Numbered from the stretch's first letter, positions 17,731 to 27,695 are shown. The stretch: DNA of 64,000 nucleotides from Acidimicrobiales bacterium (GCA_050015175.1 JBEKBX010000002.1:118614-182613), one strand, 5' to 3'. Notes: generated by a model not told the origin, from the sequence alone. Made by a program: numbers and translations.

Positions 17731-19101
17731 ATGGCCATTTCATCGGTGTACCCGGCGACGGGCGAGACTCTCAAGACTTTCGAGCCTTACGACGAGGCGG
17801 AGGTGGAGCGAAGGCTCGCCCTTGCAGACAGCGCTTTTCGCGCCTACCGCCGGACTAGTTTCGACGAGCGCGCAAGGCTCGTGCGTGCGATGGCGGACGT
17901 GCTCGAGGCGGACCAGGCGACGATCGCCGAGATGATGACCCTCGAGATGGGAAAGCCCGTCGTCCAGGCCCGTAGCGAGGTGACCAAGTGTGTGGGCGTG
18001 CTGCGCTACTACGCCGAGCACGCCGCGGCCATGCTCGCCGACGAGCCCGTTGCCGGCACGGCGGCCAAGAGAGGCTCATACATCAAGTACCAGCCGGTCG
18101 GCCCGGTTCTGGCCGTGATGCCTTGGAACTTCCCGCTCTGGCAGGTCATCAGGTTCGCCGCCCCGGCGTTCATGGTGGGCAACGTCGCTTTGCTGAAGCA
18201 CGCCTCCAACGTGCCCCAGACGGCGCTCATCATCGAGGACGCGGCTCGTCGGGCGGGCTTCCCAGAAGGTGTCTTCCAGACCCTCCTCATCGGCGGTGAC
18301 CGTGTGCAGCCGATCTTGGAGGACGACCGGGTCGCCGCTGCCACTTTGACCGGCAGCGAGGGCGCCGGTCGCTCGGTCGCGTCCATCGCCGGCAACGTGA
18401 TCAAGAAGACGGTGCTCGAGCTCGGTGGCGCCGACCCGTTCATCGTGATGCCGTCGGCCGACCTGGACCGGGCGATCGAGGTCGGCGTGTGGGCTCGTGT
18501 CCAGAACAACGGTCAGAGCTGCATCGCGGCCAAGCGCTTCATCGTGCACGAGTCGATCGCCGATGAGTACTTCGAGCGTTACGCAGAGGCGATGTCCAAG
18601 CTCGTCGTAGGCGACCCCCTCGACGAGGCGACCCAGGTCGGTCCACTTGCCACCGCGCAAGGGCGCGACGAAGTGAACGAGCAGATCCAAGACGCGTTGT
18701 CCAAGGGTGCCAAGGCCATCTGCGGCGGTGGGACGACGGACGGCCCGGGATGGTTCGTCCAGCCGACGGCCCTTACCGAGCTCACGCCGGACATGCGTGT
18801 CTACCGCGACGAGGTCTTCGGGCCCGTGGCGTCGTTGTTCCGGGTGGGCGACATCGACGAGGCGATCGCGCTCGCCAACGACACGAGCTTCGGCCTCAGC
18901 TCGAGCGTCTGGACCGAGGACCCGGTCGAGCAGGCGCGTTTCGCCGAGGATCTCGAGTCGGGCATGGTCTACGTCAATGCCATGACGATCTCGTATTTCG
19001 ACCTCCCCTTCGGCGGTGTCAAGCGCTCCGGTTACGGCCGGGAGCTCTCACCAGCAGGCATCCGGGAGTTCACCAACATAAAGACCGTCTTCAGCGACTG
19101 A
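17731..19101 (+). CDS. NAD(P)-dependent succinate-semialdehyde dehydrogenase-like aldehyde dehydrogenase
   Basis: Track ORF trimmed to the ATG at 17731 (456 aa; MAISSVYPATGETLKTFEPY). It has the ALDH motifs PWNFP, ELGG and NNGQSCIAAKR. Confidence 0.8.
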   Translation: MAISSVYPATGETLKTFEPYDEAEVERRLALADSAFRAYRRTSFDERARLVRAMADVLEADQATIAEMMTLEMGKPVVQARSEVTKCVGVLRYYAEHAAAMLADEPVAGTAAKRGSYIKYQPVGPVLAVMPWNFPLWQVIRFAAPAFMVGNVALLKHASNVPQTALIIEDAARRAGFPEGVFQTLLIGGDRVQPILEDDRVAAATLTGSEGAGRSVASIAGNVIKKTVLELGGADPFIVMPSADLDRAIEVGVWARVQNNGQSCIAAKRFIVHESIADEYFERYAEAMSKLVVGDPLDEATQVGPLATAQGRDEVNEQIQDALSKGAKAICGGGTTDGPGWFVQPTALTELTPDMRVYRDEVFGPVASLFRVGDIDEAIALANDTSFGLSSSVWTEDPVEQARFAEDLESGMVYVNAMTISYFDLPFGGVKRSGYGRELSPAGIREFTNIKTVFSD

Positions 19102-19126
19102 GCTGCGACTCCGGCCGCCCGGCGCG

Positions 19127-19150
19127 GTGCCGGGCGCGCCCGGCACTTTT
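19127..19150 (+). terminator. Rho-independent terminator after the aldehyde dehydrogenase gene
   Basis: GTGCCGGGCG/CGCCCGGCAC GC-rich palindrome directly followed by TTTT, 26 nt after the stop. Confidence 0.6.
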
Positions 19151-19257
19151 CCTGGTATGCCCGAGCGGCTTCCGGTGCAGGCGGCGACGCGTCCGAAGCG
19201 CTCGTGGCTCTCGTCCCACCTGAAGCCGCCACAATCGCCCGGCTCACAGAGACGGCA

Positions 19258-19303
19258 ATCCCCACGCGGGATCGGCGTGCTGCGAGCCGCCCCGCGTGGG
19301 GAT
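19258..19303 (-). terminator. Hairpin downstream of the SBP gene (candidate terminator)
   Basis: 13-bp arms ATCCCCACGCGGG / CCCGCGTGGGGAT with a 20-nt loop, about 25 nt past the SBP stop. There is no clear U-tract. Confidence 0.35.
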
Positions 19304-19327
19304 CGTGCTGTCAGATCAGGGTTGGGT

Positions 19328-21049
19328 TCAGCCGACGGATGCGTTCCAGAGGAAGAACTGGCTGAGGGCCGTCGGGTAGACGCCCGTCACGTTCTTCCGG
19401 GTCGCAGCCAGGTAGTTGTAGAAGTAGGGGTAGATGATCGGCGTCTCGTCGAGCAGCAGGAGCTCTATCTGCTTGGCGACGCTCCTCTGGCTGGGAAGGT
19501 TGGTCGCAGCAACGTACTCCTGGGCCAGTTTGTCGTAGGCGGGGTCGTTGAAGCGGGCGGCGTTCCAGGCGCCGGCGCCTGTCGCTTTGTTGAAGGTCAT
19601 CAACGGTGCGTTGAGGAACAGGTTCGGCGTCGACCGGTTGCCGTAGTCCACCATGCTCATCTCGCCGTCGAGCCAGTCCGAGGTTCCGTACACGGCGGAG
19701 CCGTAGTACTTGTCCGGCTGCTCGATCGTGAGGCTGATGTCGACCCCGATCTCCTTGGCCCAGGTCTTGATGAACTGTGCCAGTTCCGGCATCTCCTGGC
19801 GCTGCTCGGTGATGAGCGGCGTGCTGAAGCCCCTGGCGTAGCCGGCCTTAGCGAGCAGCTGCTTGGCCATCGCGATGTTCTGGGCGCGCTGGGGAACCGC
19901 CGGCGGGCCGACCGTTGCCGGGAAGCAAGGGGCAAACGGGCTGTCGTTGCCGATGTCGGCGTAACCCTTGAACAGCGAGCTCACGAGCTGGGGACGGTTG
20001 AGCGTGAGAGCGATCGCCTGGCGGACCAGGTTGCTCTTGAACGGACCGGTGTCGCAACGCATCGAGAGCTCGCGGTGCCCCGAGCCCTTCAGCTTGATGA
20101 TGTTGTACGCGCCGGTCAACAGCTGTGGGCTCGTCGAGACGAAGAACTGGTCCAGACAGTCGATCTCGTTGGCCACGAGAGCGTTCGCCATCGGTTCCTC
20201 GGCGGCGTAGAAGGTCCACTGCACTTCGCTCGAAATCGCCGGTTTCCCCCAGTAGTACGGGTTGCGGACGAAGGTCGCTCCCACGTTCGTGGTGTAGCTC
20301 TGCATCATGTAATGCCCCGTACCGACCCACTGCGATGGGTAGTTGGAGTAGTCGAAGCCGTTCGGGACCACGATCATGTTGTAGTTGTCGGACGAGACTG
20401 CATCGAGGAAGGCTCCGTCGGCGGTCTCGAGGTGGAAGGCGATCGTGCCGTCGTCCACCTTCACCACGCCATCGGGAACCAAAAGCCCGCCGAACACCGA
20501 GAGAGCGCTTCCGCCGCTCTTCGGGTTGCACTGGGTCTTGAAGCTGTAGACGACGTCGTCGACGGTCATGTCGTTGCCGTTGTTGTACTTGACGCCCTGG
20601 CGGATCTTGAAGGTCCAGACGTCTGCCTTGGCGTTGGGGGTCCAGCTCGTGGCAAGCCATGGCAAGTAACCGAGCGCCTGGTCCGCTTCCACGAGGAACT
20701 CACCGACGTTGCCGAGGAGCTCGAGGCCGCCCTCGTCGGCGATCGTGAGCGGGTTGATGGCGCCGGCCGGCGTGATGATGCCCGCCCTTATCGTGCCGCC
20801 CGACGCAGCCCGCGCGCGGGAGACCGCAGACGCCCGTGGCCGCACACCCGGCAGGCCCTTGGCCTCGAGAATGCCACCGAGGAGCGGCAGCGAGAGGCCG
20901 AATGCCGTGCCTTTCTTGAGGAAGTCCCTCCGGGACAGCCTCCCGGCGACGAACTCGTCGATGATGTGCTCTTGGATCGGGCCCCGACCACGTCGGAGGT
21001 TGTCGAGCCGTTCGTGATTGACTTCTCTACCGTTGTCGTTGACGTCCAT
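19328..21049 (-). CDS. ABC transporter substrate-binding protein, family 5 (peptide/nickel/opine type), Tat signal
   Basis: 573 aa with the twin-arginine signal SRRDFLKKGTAFGLSLPLLGG. The body length and composition are DppA/OppA-like. Confidence 0.85.
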   Translation of the reverse strand: MDVNDNGREVNHERLDNLRRGRGPIQEHIIDEFVAGRLSRRDFLKKGTAFGLSLPLLGGILEAKGLPGVRPRASAVSRARAASGGTIRAGIITPAGAINPLTIADEGGLELLGNVGEFLVEADQALGYLPWLATSWTPNAKADVWTFKIRQGVKYNNGNDMTVDDVVYSFKTQCNPKSGGSALSVFGGLLVPDGVVKVDDGTIAFHLETADGAFLDAVSSDNYNMIVVPNGFDYSNYPSQWVGTGHYMMQSYTTNVGATFVRNPYYWGKPAISSEVQWTFYAAEEPMANALVANEIDCLDQFFVSTSPQLLTGAYNIIKLKGSGHRELSMRCDTGPFKSNLVRQAIALTLNRPQLVSSLFKGYADIGNDSPFAPCFPATVGPPAVPQRAQNIAMAKQLLAKAGYARGFSTPLITEQRQEMPELAQFIKTWAKEIGVDISLTIEQPDKYYGSAVYGTSDWLDGEMSMVDYGNRSTPNLFLNAPLMTFNKATGAGAWNAARFNDPAYDKLAQEYVAATNLPSQRSVAKQIELLLLDETPIIYPYFYNYLAATRKNVTGVYPTALSQFFLWNASVG

Positions 21050-21080
21050 GCGCCAACCCCCTTTGTCGTCCCTCGCGCAA

Positions 21081-21104
21081 GCGAGTCTTGTCTAACATAC
21101 TGGA
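21081..21104. promoter_or_regulatory. Candidate operator (copy 1 of the shared CGAGTCTTGT motif) in the SBP/iclR divergent region
   Basis: CGAGTCTTGT (21081-21090) followed by GGAC 10 nt later. The identical 10-mer recurs at 22073-22082. Confidence 0.25.
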
Positions 21105-21242
21105 CAGACGTTCAGCTACCTGCTTCTGGTACGATACTCAGCCAGACGAGCACGCGCCAGAGTCGAGCGGCGCACCCAGAGCGTAGGCACTTGCAGGTGA
21201 TCCGAGCGCCCTTCTGTGCAGATGCGAGGAGAGGAGGCATCA

Positions 21243-22058
21243 GTGGAGAAGCTCGACATCCGCACGCCGTCGACCGCTCCCGCGGTCGTGACGGCGATTC
21301 GGGCTCTCGATGCCCTCACGAGCCTTCAGGGCTCCGCGACGCTCGACGAGCTCACTCGGGCGCTCGACGAGCCTCGAAGCTCGGTGCACCGGATTCTCAA
21401 CACTCTTGTCGAGAACGAGCTCCTGCAAAGGCAGGGGCAGCGAGGCGGCTACCGGATGGGGCCGAAGGTAATGAAGTGGGGCTCGACCTTCTTGCGGGCC
21501 GTCAACCTCATCGACGAGTTCCGTGTCGTCGCATCACCCATCGTGGCCCGCGTCAACGAGACGATGCAGCTGGCAGTCCTCGATTGGCCCGACGTCGTGT
21601 TCGTGGCGTACCTGGACTCGAAGCGCCCCGTCAGGCTTGCCACCTATGTCGGCCGCCGACTCCCGGCGCACGCAACAGCCGCGGGCAAAGTGCTGCTCGC
21701 GTTCTCCGGTACCTGCGTTGTCGACCGGTATCGCGACTACGAGATGCAGAAGCTGACACCGAGGACGGTGACGTCGGTTGAAGAGTTCGAGCGTCAGCTC
21801 ATGAGGGTTCGGCGTCGAGGCTGGGCCGAGGCGAGCCAGGAAGCCTCGGAGAACCTGACGTGTCTCGCCGCTCCGGTTCACGGCCACGATGGCCGGGTCG
21901 TGGCTGCGATGACTTTCTGTGTGCCAGAACCCTCGCTGAAACTGGCATGTCGACAGGAGCTCTCGCGTGAGCTCCTTGACGGGTGCAGCGAGCTGTCCCG
22001 CCAGATCGGCGCGGACGACCCTTGCCGTTCCTCCGCAGTGGCTCAAAGCCGCGCGTGA
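21243..22058 (+). CDS. IclR-family transcriptional regulator
   Basis: Winged HTH (LDELTRALDEPRSSVHRILNTLVENELLQR) plus an IclR effector domain. GTG 21243 behind GGAGAGGAGG is preferred over ATG 21216. Confidence 0.85.
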   Translation: MEKLDIRTPSTAPAVVTAIRALDALTSLQGSATLDELTRALDEPRSSVHRILNTLVENELLQRQGQRGGYRMGPKVMKWGSTFLRAVNLIDEFRVVASPIVARVNETMQLAVLDWPDVVFVAYLDSKRPVRLATYVGRRLPAHATAAGKVLLAFSGTCVVDRYRDYEMQKLTPRTVTSVEEFERQLMRVRRRGWAEASQEASENLTCLAAPVHGHDGRVVAAMTFCVPEPSLKLACRQELSRELLDGCSELSRQIGADDPCRSSAVAQSRA

Positions 22059-22072
22059 CCAAGCCGCCGCGC

Positions 22073-22094
22073 CGAGTCTTGTTATGGTCGGGAC
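22073..22094. promoter_or_regulatory. Candidate operator (copy 2 of CGAGTCTTGT) upstream of the ADH gene
   Basis: CGAGTCTTGT at 22073-22082 followed by GGAC 8 nt later, within the 219-nt iclR-adh intergenic region. Confidence 0.25.
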
Positions 22095-22277
22095 TGTTCC
22101 GCGCAGCGCTCGGTGCCGACGCGACTGTCAGCCAAGTGACACCATTTATCGCCTCGCCGCAGCAGTGTTGTGTTGGGAAGCTGCGGATTCGACCGGTCAA
22201 GGGGTCGATGGTTACACTCCGCTAGAGAACCGTGTGGATAGACATCCAGCCGGTGAGACATCATGGAGGTGCCTTAC

Positions 22278-23405
22278 GTGAGCACTGCTATCGAGACACT
22301 CGCGGCTGTACTCGAAACGCCGGGCAAGGACTTCGTCGTTGAGAAGGTGCAGCTGGCGGCACCAGGTCCGACGGAGGTCCTGGTTCGCATAGAAGCGAGC
22401 GGTGTGTGTCACAGCGACTGGAACGCCGCGTCGGGCGCTTCGGCGACGCCGACCCCGGTGGTGCTCGGTCACGAGGGCGCCGGCGTGGTGGAAGCTGTCG
22501 GCGCCGCCGTCACGCGGCTATCCCTCGGTGACAAAGTCGTGCTGTCGTGGTTGCCGACCTGTGGGATTTGCCCCGCCTGCTTGAGGGGGGACCTCTCGTT
22601 GTGTGCCAGCGCCGGGAGCGAGATGAGCCGGGGATGCCTGCCGAGTGGCGAGACTCGCCTGTCGAGGAACTCCTCGCCCATCTACCACTACGCGTATCTG
22701 TCCACCTTCGCCCGTCACGCCGTCGTAGACGAACGGTCCTGCGTCGTGCTCCCCGTCGATGCCGATCTCGAGGCTGCCTGTCTCGTCGGTTGTGCCGTGA
22801 CGACCGGAGTCGGCGCCGTCTTCAACAAGGCGAAGATCGAGCCGGGTTCGTCCGTCATCGTCTTCGGATGTGGCGGAGTGGGCCTCTCTGCCCTCATGGC
22901 GGCCCGGTTCATGGGTGCCGGGACGATCATCGCCGTCGATCCGGTTGCCTCAAAACGCGACCTCGCCACCGAGCTCGGTGCAACGGCAACCCTCGACGGG
23001 AGGGACGCCAATCTCGTCGAGCAGCTGCGCGAGTTGTGCGGGGGAGGCGCCGATTACGCCTTCGAGGCGGCCGGGTTGCCATCGTTGGCCGCGATCGCTT
23101 TTGACGCCATACGCCCAGGCGGCATGGTCGTGCTGGTCGGCGTGCCCGCCGACGGCGAGCTGGTCTCCTTCCCCGGCAACGTGCTCGTGCGCTCGGAGAA
23201 GATCGTGACCGGAACGTTCTACGGTTCGGCGCGCCCCCCGCTCGACATGCCGTTGATCATGCGCCTGTACGCAGAAGGCAGGTTCCCGCTCGACCGTTTC
23301 ATCACCGAGCGGTACCCGCTCGAGCAGATAAACGAGGCCTTTGCCGCGATGCTCGAGGGCCGGGTCGTGCGTGCCGTTCTCAAGCCGTGGGAAGGAGGCG
23401 CTTGA
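22278..23405 (+). CDS. Zn-dependent alcohol dehydrogenase, class III-like
   Basis: GVCHSDW, VLGHEGAGVVE, the structural-Zn Cys cluster CGICPACLRGDLSLC, and the Rossmann motif VFGCGGVG. GTG 22278 behind GGAGG is preferred over ATG 22263. Confidence 0.85.
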   Translation: MSTAIETLAAVLETPGKDFVVEKVQLAAPGPTEVLVRIEASGVCHSDWNAASGASATPTPVVLGHEGAGVVEAVGAAVTRLSLGDKVVLSWLPTCGICPACLRGDLSLCASAGSEMSRGCLPSGETRLSRNSSPIYHYAYLSTFARHAVVDERSCVVLPVDADLEAACLVGCAVTTGVGAVFNKAKIEPGSSVIVFGCGGVGLSALMAARFMGAGTIIAVDPVASKRDLATELGATATLDGRDANLVEQLRELCGGGADYAFEAAGLPSLAAIAFDAIRPGGMVVLVGVPADGELVSFPGNVLVRSEKIVTGTFYGSARPPLDMPLIMRLYAEGRFPLDRFITERYPLEQINEAFAAMLEGRVVRAVLKPWEGGA

Positions 23406-23466
23406 TCATCGGGACGCGCCCTTCGTCGCGATCGCACAACCCGGCGTGCCGGCCGTGCCGCCCACG

Positions 23467-23778
23467 ATGTTCGTGAACAAGGCGGCGCTCACAGGGCCGG
23501 CACACGGGAACATGACGTGGGGCCCCGTCCAGGGAGTTGCGCAATGTGTCGGCGAGGCGCTCGAACGAGCGCTTATCGACAGCGGCGATGTCGACAACCT
23601 CGTCTTGACTGCGACTGTGTGGGTCAACTCGAATGCCGACGATGAAGCAGAGGTCTTCTGTAACAATCAGGTCGCCACGCTCGAAGCACTGCGCAAAGGT
23701 GCGCACGGGCTCCCCGCGGCGTCTGAGTGCGTCAGTGCCGCGCGATCACCGTTCAACCCCTTGTTCAGGCCGGCTTGA
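23467..23778 (+). CDS. Hypothetical small protein (weak call)
   Basis: 103 aa from the ATG at 23467. Third-codon positions are G/C-biased in this frame and the sequence looks protein-like (QCVGEALERALIDSGDVDNLVLTATVWVNSNADDEAEVF). I recognise no family, and a competing antisense ORF exists (23380..23706). Confidence 0.3.
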   Translation: MFVNKAALTGPAHGNMTWGPVQGVAQCVGEALERALIDSGDVDNLVLTATVWVNSNADDEAEVFCNNQVATLEALRKGAHGLPAASECVSAARSPFNPLFRPA

Positions 23779-23962
23779 GGGTCGCCCCGGCCGATCCCAG
23801 AGGCAGAGCGATGACCGGGCGGCCTGAGGGTCAGGAGTCCCCGACGGGTTGCGACTCCATTGAGGCAGCAGTCAACGGCCATCGTCGTCCGTGTGCGTCA
23901 AGCCGAGGGGAAAGCGACTCAGGCAGAACACAAGGAGTCAGGAAGGAACAGGCGGTAGCGAT

Positions 23963-24739
23963 ATGAAGATCAGCGAGTTCTCGATGGACTTGTTCTCACT
24001 GAAGGGCAGGACCGCCATCGTGACGGGAGGCAACACCGGCCTCGGTCAGGCCTTTGCACTGGCCCTCGCCAAGGCGGGAGCAAACGTCTTCATCCCGTCC
24101 GTCATGGACGACGGCGGTGAGACACGCCGGCTTGTCGAGGCCGAGGGGCAGAAGGCCGAGATCCTCACCATCGACATCACCGGGGACGGCGCTCCGAAGG
24201 CGGTCGTCGACGGCTGTGCTGCGAGCTTTGGAACCGTGGACATCGTGGTGAACTCCGCCGGAATCTGCAATATCGCATCGGTCGACAACTTCGGCCGCAG
24301 CGAGTGGGATCCGATGATCGCTCTCAATCTGACGGCTGCCTTCGAGCTCAGCTACGAGGCGTCCAAGCTCATGGTGGCGCAACGCTCGGGCAAGATCATC
24401 AACATCGCCTCGCTGTTCTCTTTTCTCGGTGGCCAGTGGTCGCCGGCCTATGCCGCCACCAAGCACGGGCTCGCTGGTTTCACCAAGGCGTACTGCGATG
24501 AGCTGGCCCAGTACAACGTGCAGGTGAACGCGATCGCGCCGGGCTACTACGCGACGGCAATCACCGAGACCACCCGGTCCAACCCGGAGACCAACCAGCG
24601 GGTGCTCGACCACATTCCAGCCGGCCGTTGGGGCGATGCAGCCGATCTGATGGGCGCCACGGTCTTCTTGGCAAGTCGGGCCTCTGACTACGTGAACGGT
24701 CACGTTCTGGTCGTCGACGGCGGCTACCTCGTCCGGTGA
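23963..24739 (+). CDS. Short-chain dehydrogenase, KduD (2-dehydro-3-deoxy-D-gluconate 5-dehydrogenase)-like
   Basis: Trimmed to the ATG at 23963 behind GGAAGGA. It has TGGNTGLGQ, NSAG, YAATKHG, IPAGRWG and ASDYVNGHVLVVDGGYLVR, collinear with E. coli KduD as I recall it. Confidence 0.85.
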   Translation: MKISEFSMDLFSLKGRTAIVTGGNTGLGQAFALALAKAGANVFIPSVMDDGGETRRLVEAEGQKAEILTIDITGDGAPKAVVDGCAASFGTVDIVVNSAGICNIASVDNFGRSEWDPMIALNLTAAFELSYEASKLMVAQRSGKIINIASLFSFLGGQWSPAYAATKHGLAGFTKAYCDELAQYNVQVNAIAPGYYATAITETTRSNPETNQRVLDHIPAGRWGDAADLMGATVFLASRASDYVNGHVLVVDGGYLVR

Positions 24740-24778
24740 CAGCACCGGGGACAACGTTCGACGGAGGAGAATAGGTTC

Positions 24779-26239
24779 ATGGTGCAATCACGTTCGGATC
24801 TGGATCGCGAGGCGATCCGGCAAGGGCTGACCGAGATCGTCGGCCAGGACCAGGTATGCGTCGACGAAGACAAGCTGAAGGCGTCGAGTGTCGACAGGTT
24901 CAAGAAATACACGGCTGTCAACGGGATCTTCACCGGTCCCATCCCGGCCGCCGTCGTGTCGGTGACCTCGACCGAAGAGGTTGCGAAGGTCCTTCGTTTC
25001 GCGAACGACCATCTGGTCAACGTGGTACCGCGCACCGGGATCACCTCGACCGAAGGTGGGCTCGAGACGATAGTGGAGGACACGATCGTCGTTGACGGCT
25101 CGCCGATGAACAAGATCGTCCATATCGACCCGGTGAACATGATGGCCACGGCCCAGTGTGGCGTGTGTCTCGAGGTGCTGGAGGACGCCGTCCGGTTGCA
25201 GGGCCTCACGACGGGCCACTCACCTCAATCGAAGCCCTTGGCGCAGATGGGAGGCCTCACCGCCACCCGCTCGACCGGGCAGTTGTCGACGCTGTACGGC
25301 GGGATAGAGGACATGGTCGTCGGGCTCGAGGCCGTCTTCCCGGACGGCACTGTCTGCCGGGTAAAGAACGTGCCACGCAGGGCGGTGGGGCCCGACATCA
25401 GGCACATCATCATCGGCAACGAAGGTGCCCTGTGCTTCATCACCGAGGTCACGCTGAGGCTGTACCGCTACAGGCCGGAGAACAACCAGTACAGGGGATT
25501 CCTGGTCGACAACATCGACGACGGGATATCGGCGATCCGTGAGGTCGTGACCGACGGGTTCCGCCCATCGGTGTGTCGCGTGTACTCCGAAGAGGACGCT
25601 CACCAGCATTTCGCCGACTTCCACCAGGACAAGTGCGTCTTGATCTTCATCTGCGAAGGCCCGGAGGCGATCGTCGCCGCCACCGTTGCGGAGATCGACC
25701 GCGTAGTTGCCGGATACCACCACGAGGTCGTGGACCCCGAGCGGATCGCGCAGTGGTTCAGCAATCTGAACTGGGGCATGGACAAGATCATCGCCGAACA
25801 GGAGTGGATGCTCCGGGAGCACAACCTCGGCTACACGACCGAGATCTCTGCCAATTGGTCAGACATTGGTGCCATCTACAAGGACGCGATGCGCCGTATC
25901 CGCACCGAGTATCCCTACGCAGGCGACCTCACGATGCTGGGGGCGCACTCGTCGCACAGCTACCAGACCGGCACCAACCTGTACTTCGTCTACGACTACA
26001 ACATCGACTGCGAACCGACCGAAGAGATCACGAAGTACCACATTCCGATCAACGCGATCATCGTGGAGGAGGCCCTCAGACACCGGGGCTCAATGGTCCA
26101 CCATCACGGAATCGGGAAGTACCGGACCGACTGGACCGAGCAAGAGCACGGCAGCGCCTACTACATGTTGCGCACGCTCAAGCAAGCCTTCGACCCGAAC
26201 GGCGTCATGAACAAGGGCACGATCTTCAAGGCCCAGTGA
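24779..26239 (+). CDS. FAD-binding PCMH-type oxidoreductase (GlcD / alkyl-DHAP-synthase-like)
   Basis: 486 aa. The FAD_binding_4 pattern is PAAVVSVTSTEEVAKVLRFANDHLVNVVPRTGITSTEGG, with a C-terminal FAD-oxidase_C-like half. Confidence 0.85.
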   Translation: MVQSRSDLDREAIRQGLTEIVGQDQVCVDEDKLKASSVDRFKKYTAVNGIFTGPIPAAVVSVTSTEEVAKVLRFANDHLVNVVPRTGITSTEGGLETIVEDTIVVDGSPMNKIVHIDPVNMMATAQCGVCLEVLEDAVRLQGLTTGHSPQSKPLAQMGGLTATRSTGQLSTLYGGIEDMVVGLEAVFPDGTVCRVKNVPRRAVGPDIRHIIIGNEGALCFITEVTLRLYRYRPENNQYRGFLVDNIDDGISAIREVVTDGFRPSVCRVYSEEDAHQHFADFHQDKCVLIFICEGPEAIVAATVAEIDRVVAGYHHEVVDPERIAQWFSNLNWGMDKIIAEQEWMLREHNLGYTTEISANWSDIGAIYKDAMRRIRTEYPYAGDLTMLGAHSSHSYQTGTNLYFVYDYNIDCEPTEEITKYHIPINAIIVEEALRHRGSMVHHHGIGKYRTDWTEQEHGSAYYMLRTLKQAFDPNGVMNKGTIFKAQ

Positions 26240-26267
26240 ACCTCGTCCGCGGCCTTTGGAGGCAGGA

Positions 26268-27695
26268 GTGAAGCGCTACCTGATCGGCATAGACAACGGG
26301 TCCCAGAGCACGAAGGTGTCTGTGTTCGACGAGCGTGGCACCGTGGTGTGCGAGGGGCGCCAGGCCCTCCGGCCAAATGACACGCCGCAGCCCGGCGTGG
26401 TGGAACACCCGGACGACGATCTCTGGTTCTCCATTGGCGAGGCGAGCCGCCAGGCCATGGCGGCGTTCCCGGGGGATGTCGCGGACATAGTCGGCGTGGG
26501 CCTGTGCACGATCCGTTTCTGCAGGGCGCTCCTCAAGGCCGACGGGACATTGGCCACTCCGGTGATGAGCTGGATGGACCGAAGAGTTTCCCGGCCCTAT
26601 GAGCACATCGACCCGAACGTGCGCTATGTGACGACGTCGTCGGGGTACATCAGCCACAGGATGACCGGTGAGTTCAAGGACACTGCCGCCAACTACGCGG
26701 GTGTGTGGCCGTTCAACGCGGACCGCTGGGAGTGGTTGCGCGACGACGAGGGCTTCTCGGACTACCAGGTGCCGCGCCAGATGCTCTTCGAGTTGCTGAT
26801 GCCGGGTGAGGTGCTGGGCTGCGTGACGCCCGAGGCGTCTCGTCACACCGGGATCCCGGCGGGGCTGCCAGTTGTCGCGACTTCCAACGACAAGGCCGTC
26901 GAGGCCCTCGGGTGCGGCCTGCGCTCGCCCGACACTCTCCTCGTCTCGTTGGGCACGTACACCGCGAGCATGACGACAGGAGAGCGCAACATACCGGACG
27001 CCAAGAGCTTCTGGTCCAATTTCGCCTCCATTCCGCATCAGTACCTGTACGAGAGCTACGGCATCCGCAGGGGCATGTGGACGGTCAGTTGGTGGCGGGA
27101 CCTGCTCGGCGAGGAGGCGAGGTCGGCAGCGGAGCGACAGGGACTGGGGGTCGAGCAGTATCTCGACCTCGAGGCAGAGAAGGTGCCACCCGGCTCGAAC
27201 GGCCTCATGGTGGTCCTCGACTGGCTCGCGCCGACGGAAGCCCCGTTCAAGAAAGGCTCGATCGTCGGCTTCGACGTCCGGCACGACCGGTTCCACATCT
27301 ACAGGGCCATACTCGAGGGAATCGCCCTGACGATCTACCGGTGTGGCACGGCGATGGGGGAAGAGACGGGGGAGATCTACAACCGGATAGTCGTCTCGGG
27401 CGGGGGATCGAACTCGGACGTGTTCATGCACATCTTCGCCGACGTCTTCGGGGTCCCGGCTGTTCGCAGCAAGATGAACAACGCCGCGGGGCTGGGCTCA
27501 GCGATCTGCGCCGCTGTCGGGCAGGGCGTTTACGGCTCGTGGGACGAAGCCATCGACAACATGGTGTCCTGGGAGCCGCCCTTCGCCCCGAACGCCAAGA
27601 ATCATGACCTGTACTTGCGGATGGCGGCTGTCTACGACGAGGTCCCGAGCCTCACGGACAAGATCTTCGAACGGTCCTACGAGATCTTCGGCTGA
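26268..27695 (+). CDS. FGGY-family carbohydrate kinase
   Basis: N-terminal YLIGIDNGSQSTKVSVFD plus FGGY N and C domains. GTG 26268 behind GGAGGCAGGA is preferred over TTG 26256. The 3-prime end overlaps the convergent ABC ATPase gene by 19 nt. Confidence 0.85.
   Translation: MKRYLIGIDNGSQSTKVSVFDERGTVVCEGRQALRPNDTPQPGVVEHPDDDLWFSIGEASRQAMAAFPGDVADIVGVGLCTIRFCRALLKADGTLATPVMSWMDRRVSRPYEHIDPNVRYVTTSSGYISHRMTGEFKDTAANYAGVWPFNADRWEWLRDDEGFSDYQVPRQMLFELLMPGEVLGCVTPEASRHTGIPAGLPVVATSNDKAVEALGCGLRSPDTLLVSLGTYTASMTTGERNIPDAKSFWSNFASIPHQYLYESYGIRRGMWTVSWWRDLLGEEARSAAERQGLGVEQYLDLEAEKVPPGSNGLMVVLDWLAPTEAPFKKGSIVGFDVRHDRFHIYRAILEGIALTIYRCGTAMGEETGEIYNRIVVSGGGSNSDVFMHIFADVFGVPAVRSKMNNAAGLGSAICAAVGQGVYGSWDEAIDNMVSWEPPFAPNAKNHDLYLRMAAVYDEVPSLTDKIFERSYEIFG

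Noticed and set aside
19127-21781. 884-aa plus-strand ORF, the longest in the track.
   Set aside because: It runs antisense to the well-supported family-5 SBP gene and then overlaps iclR out of frame. Its sequence is Arg/Gly/Val/Asp-rich with no recognisable motifs. Long stop-free antisense frames are expected in GC-rich DNA.
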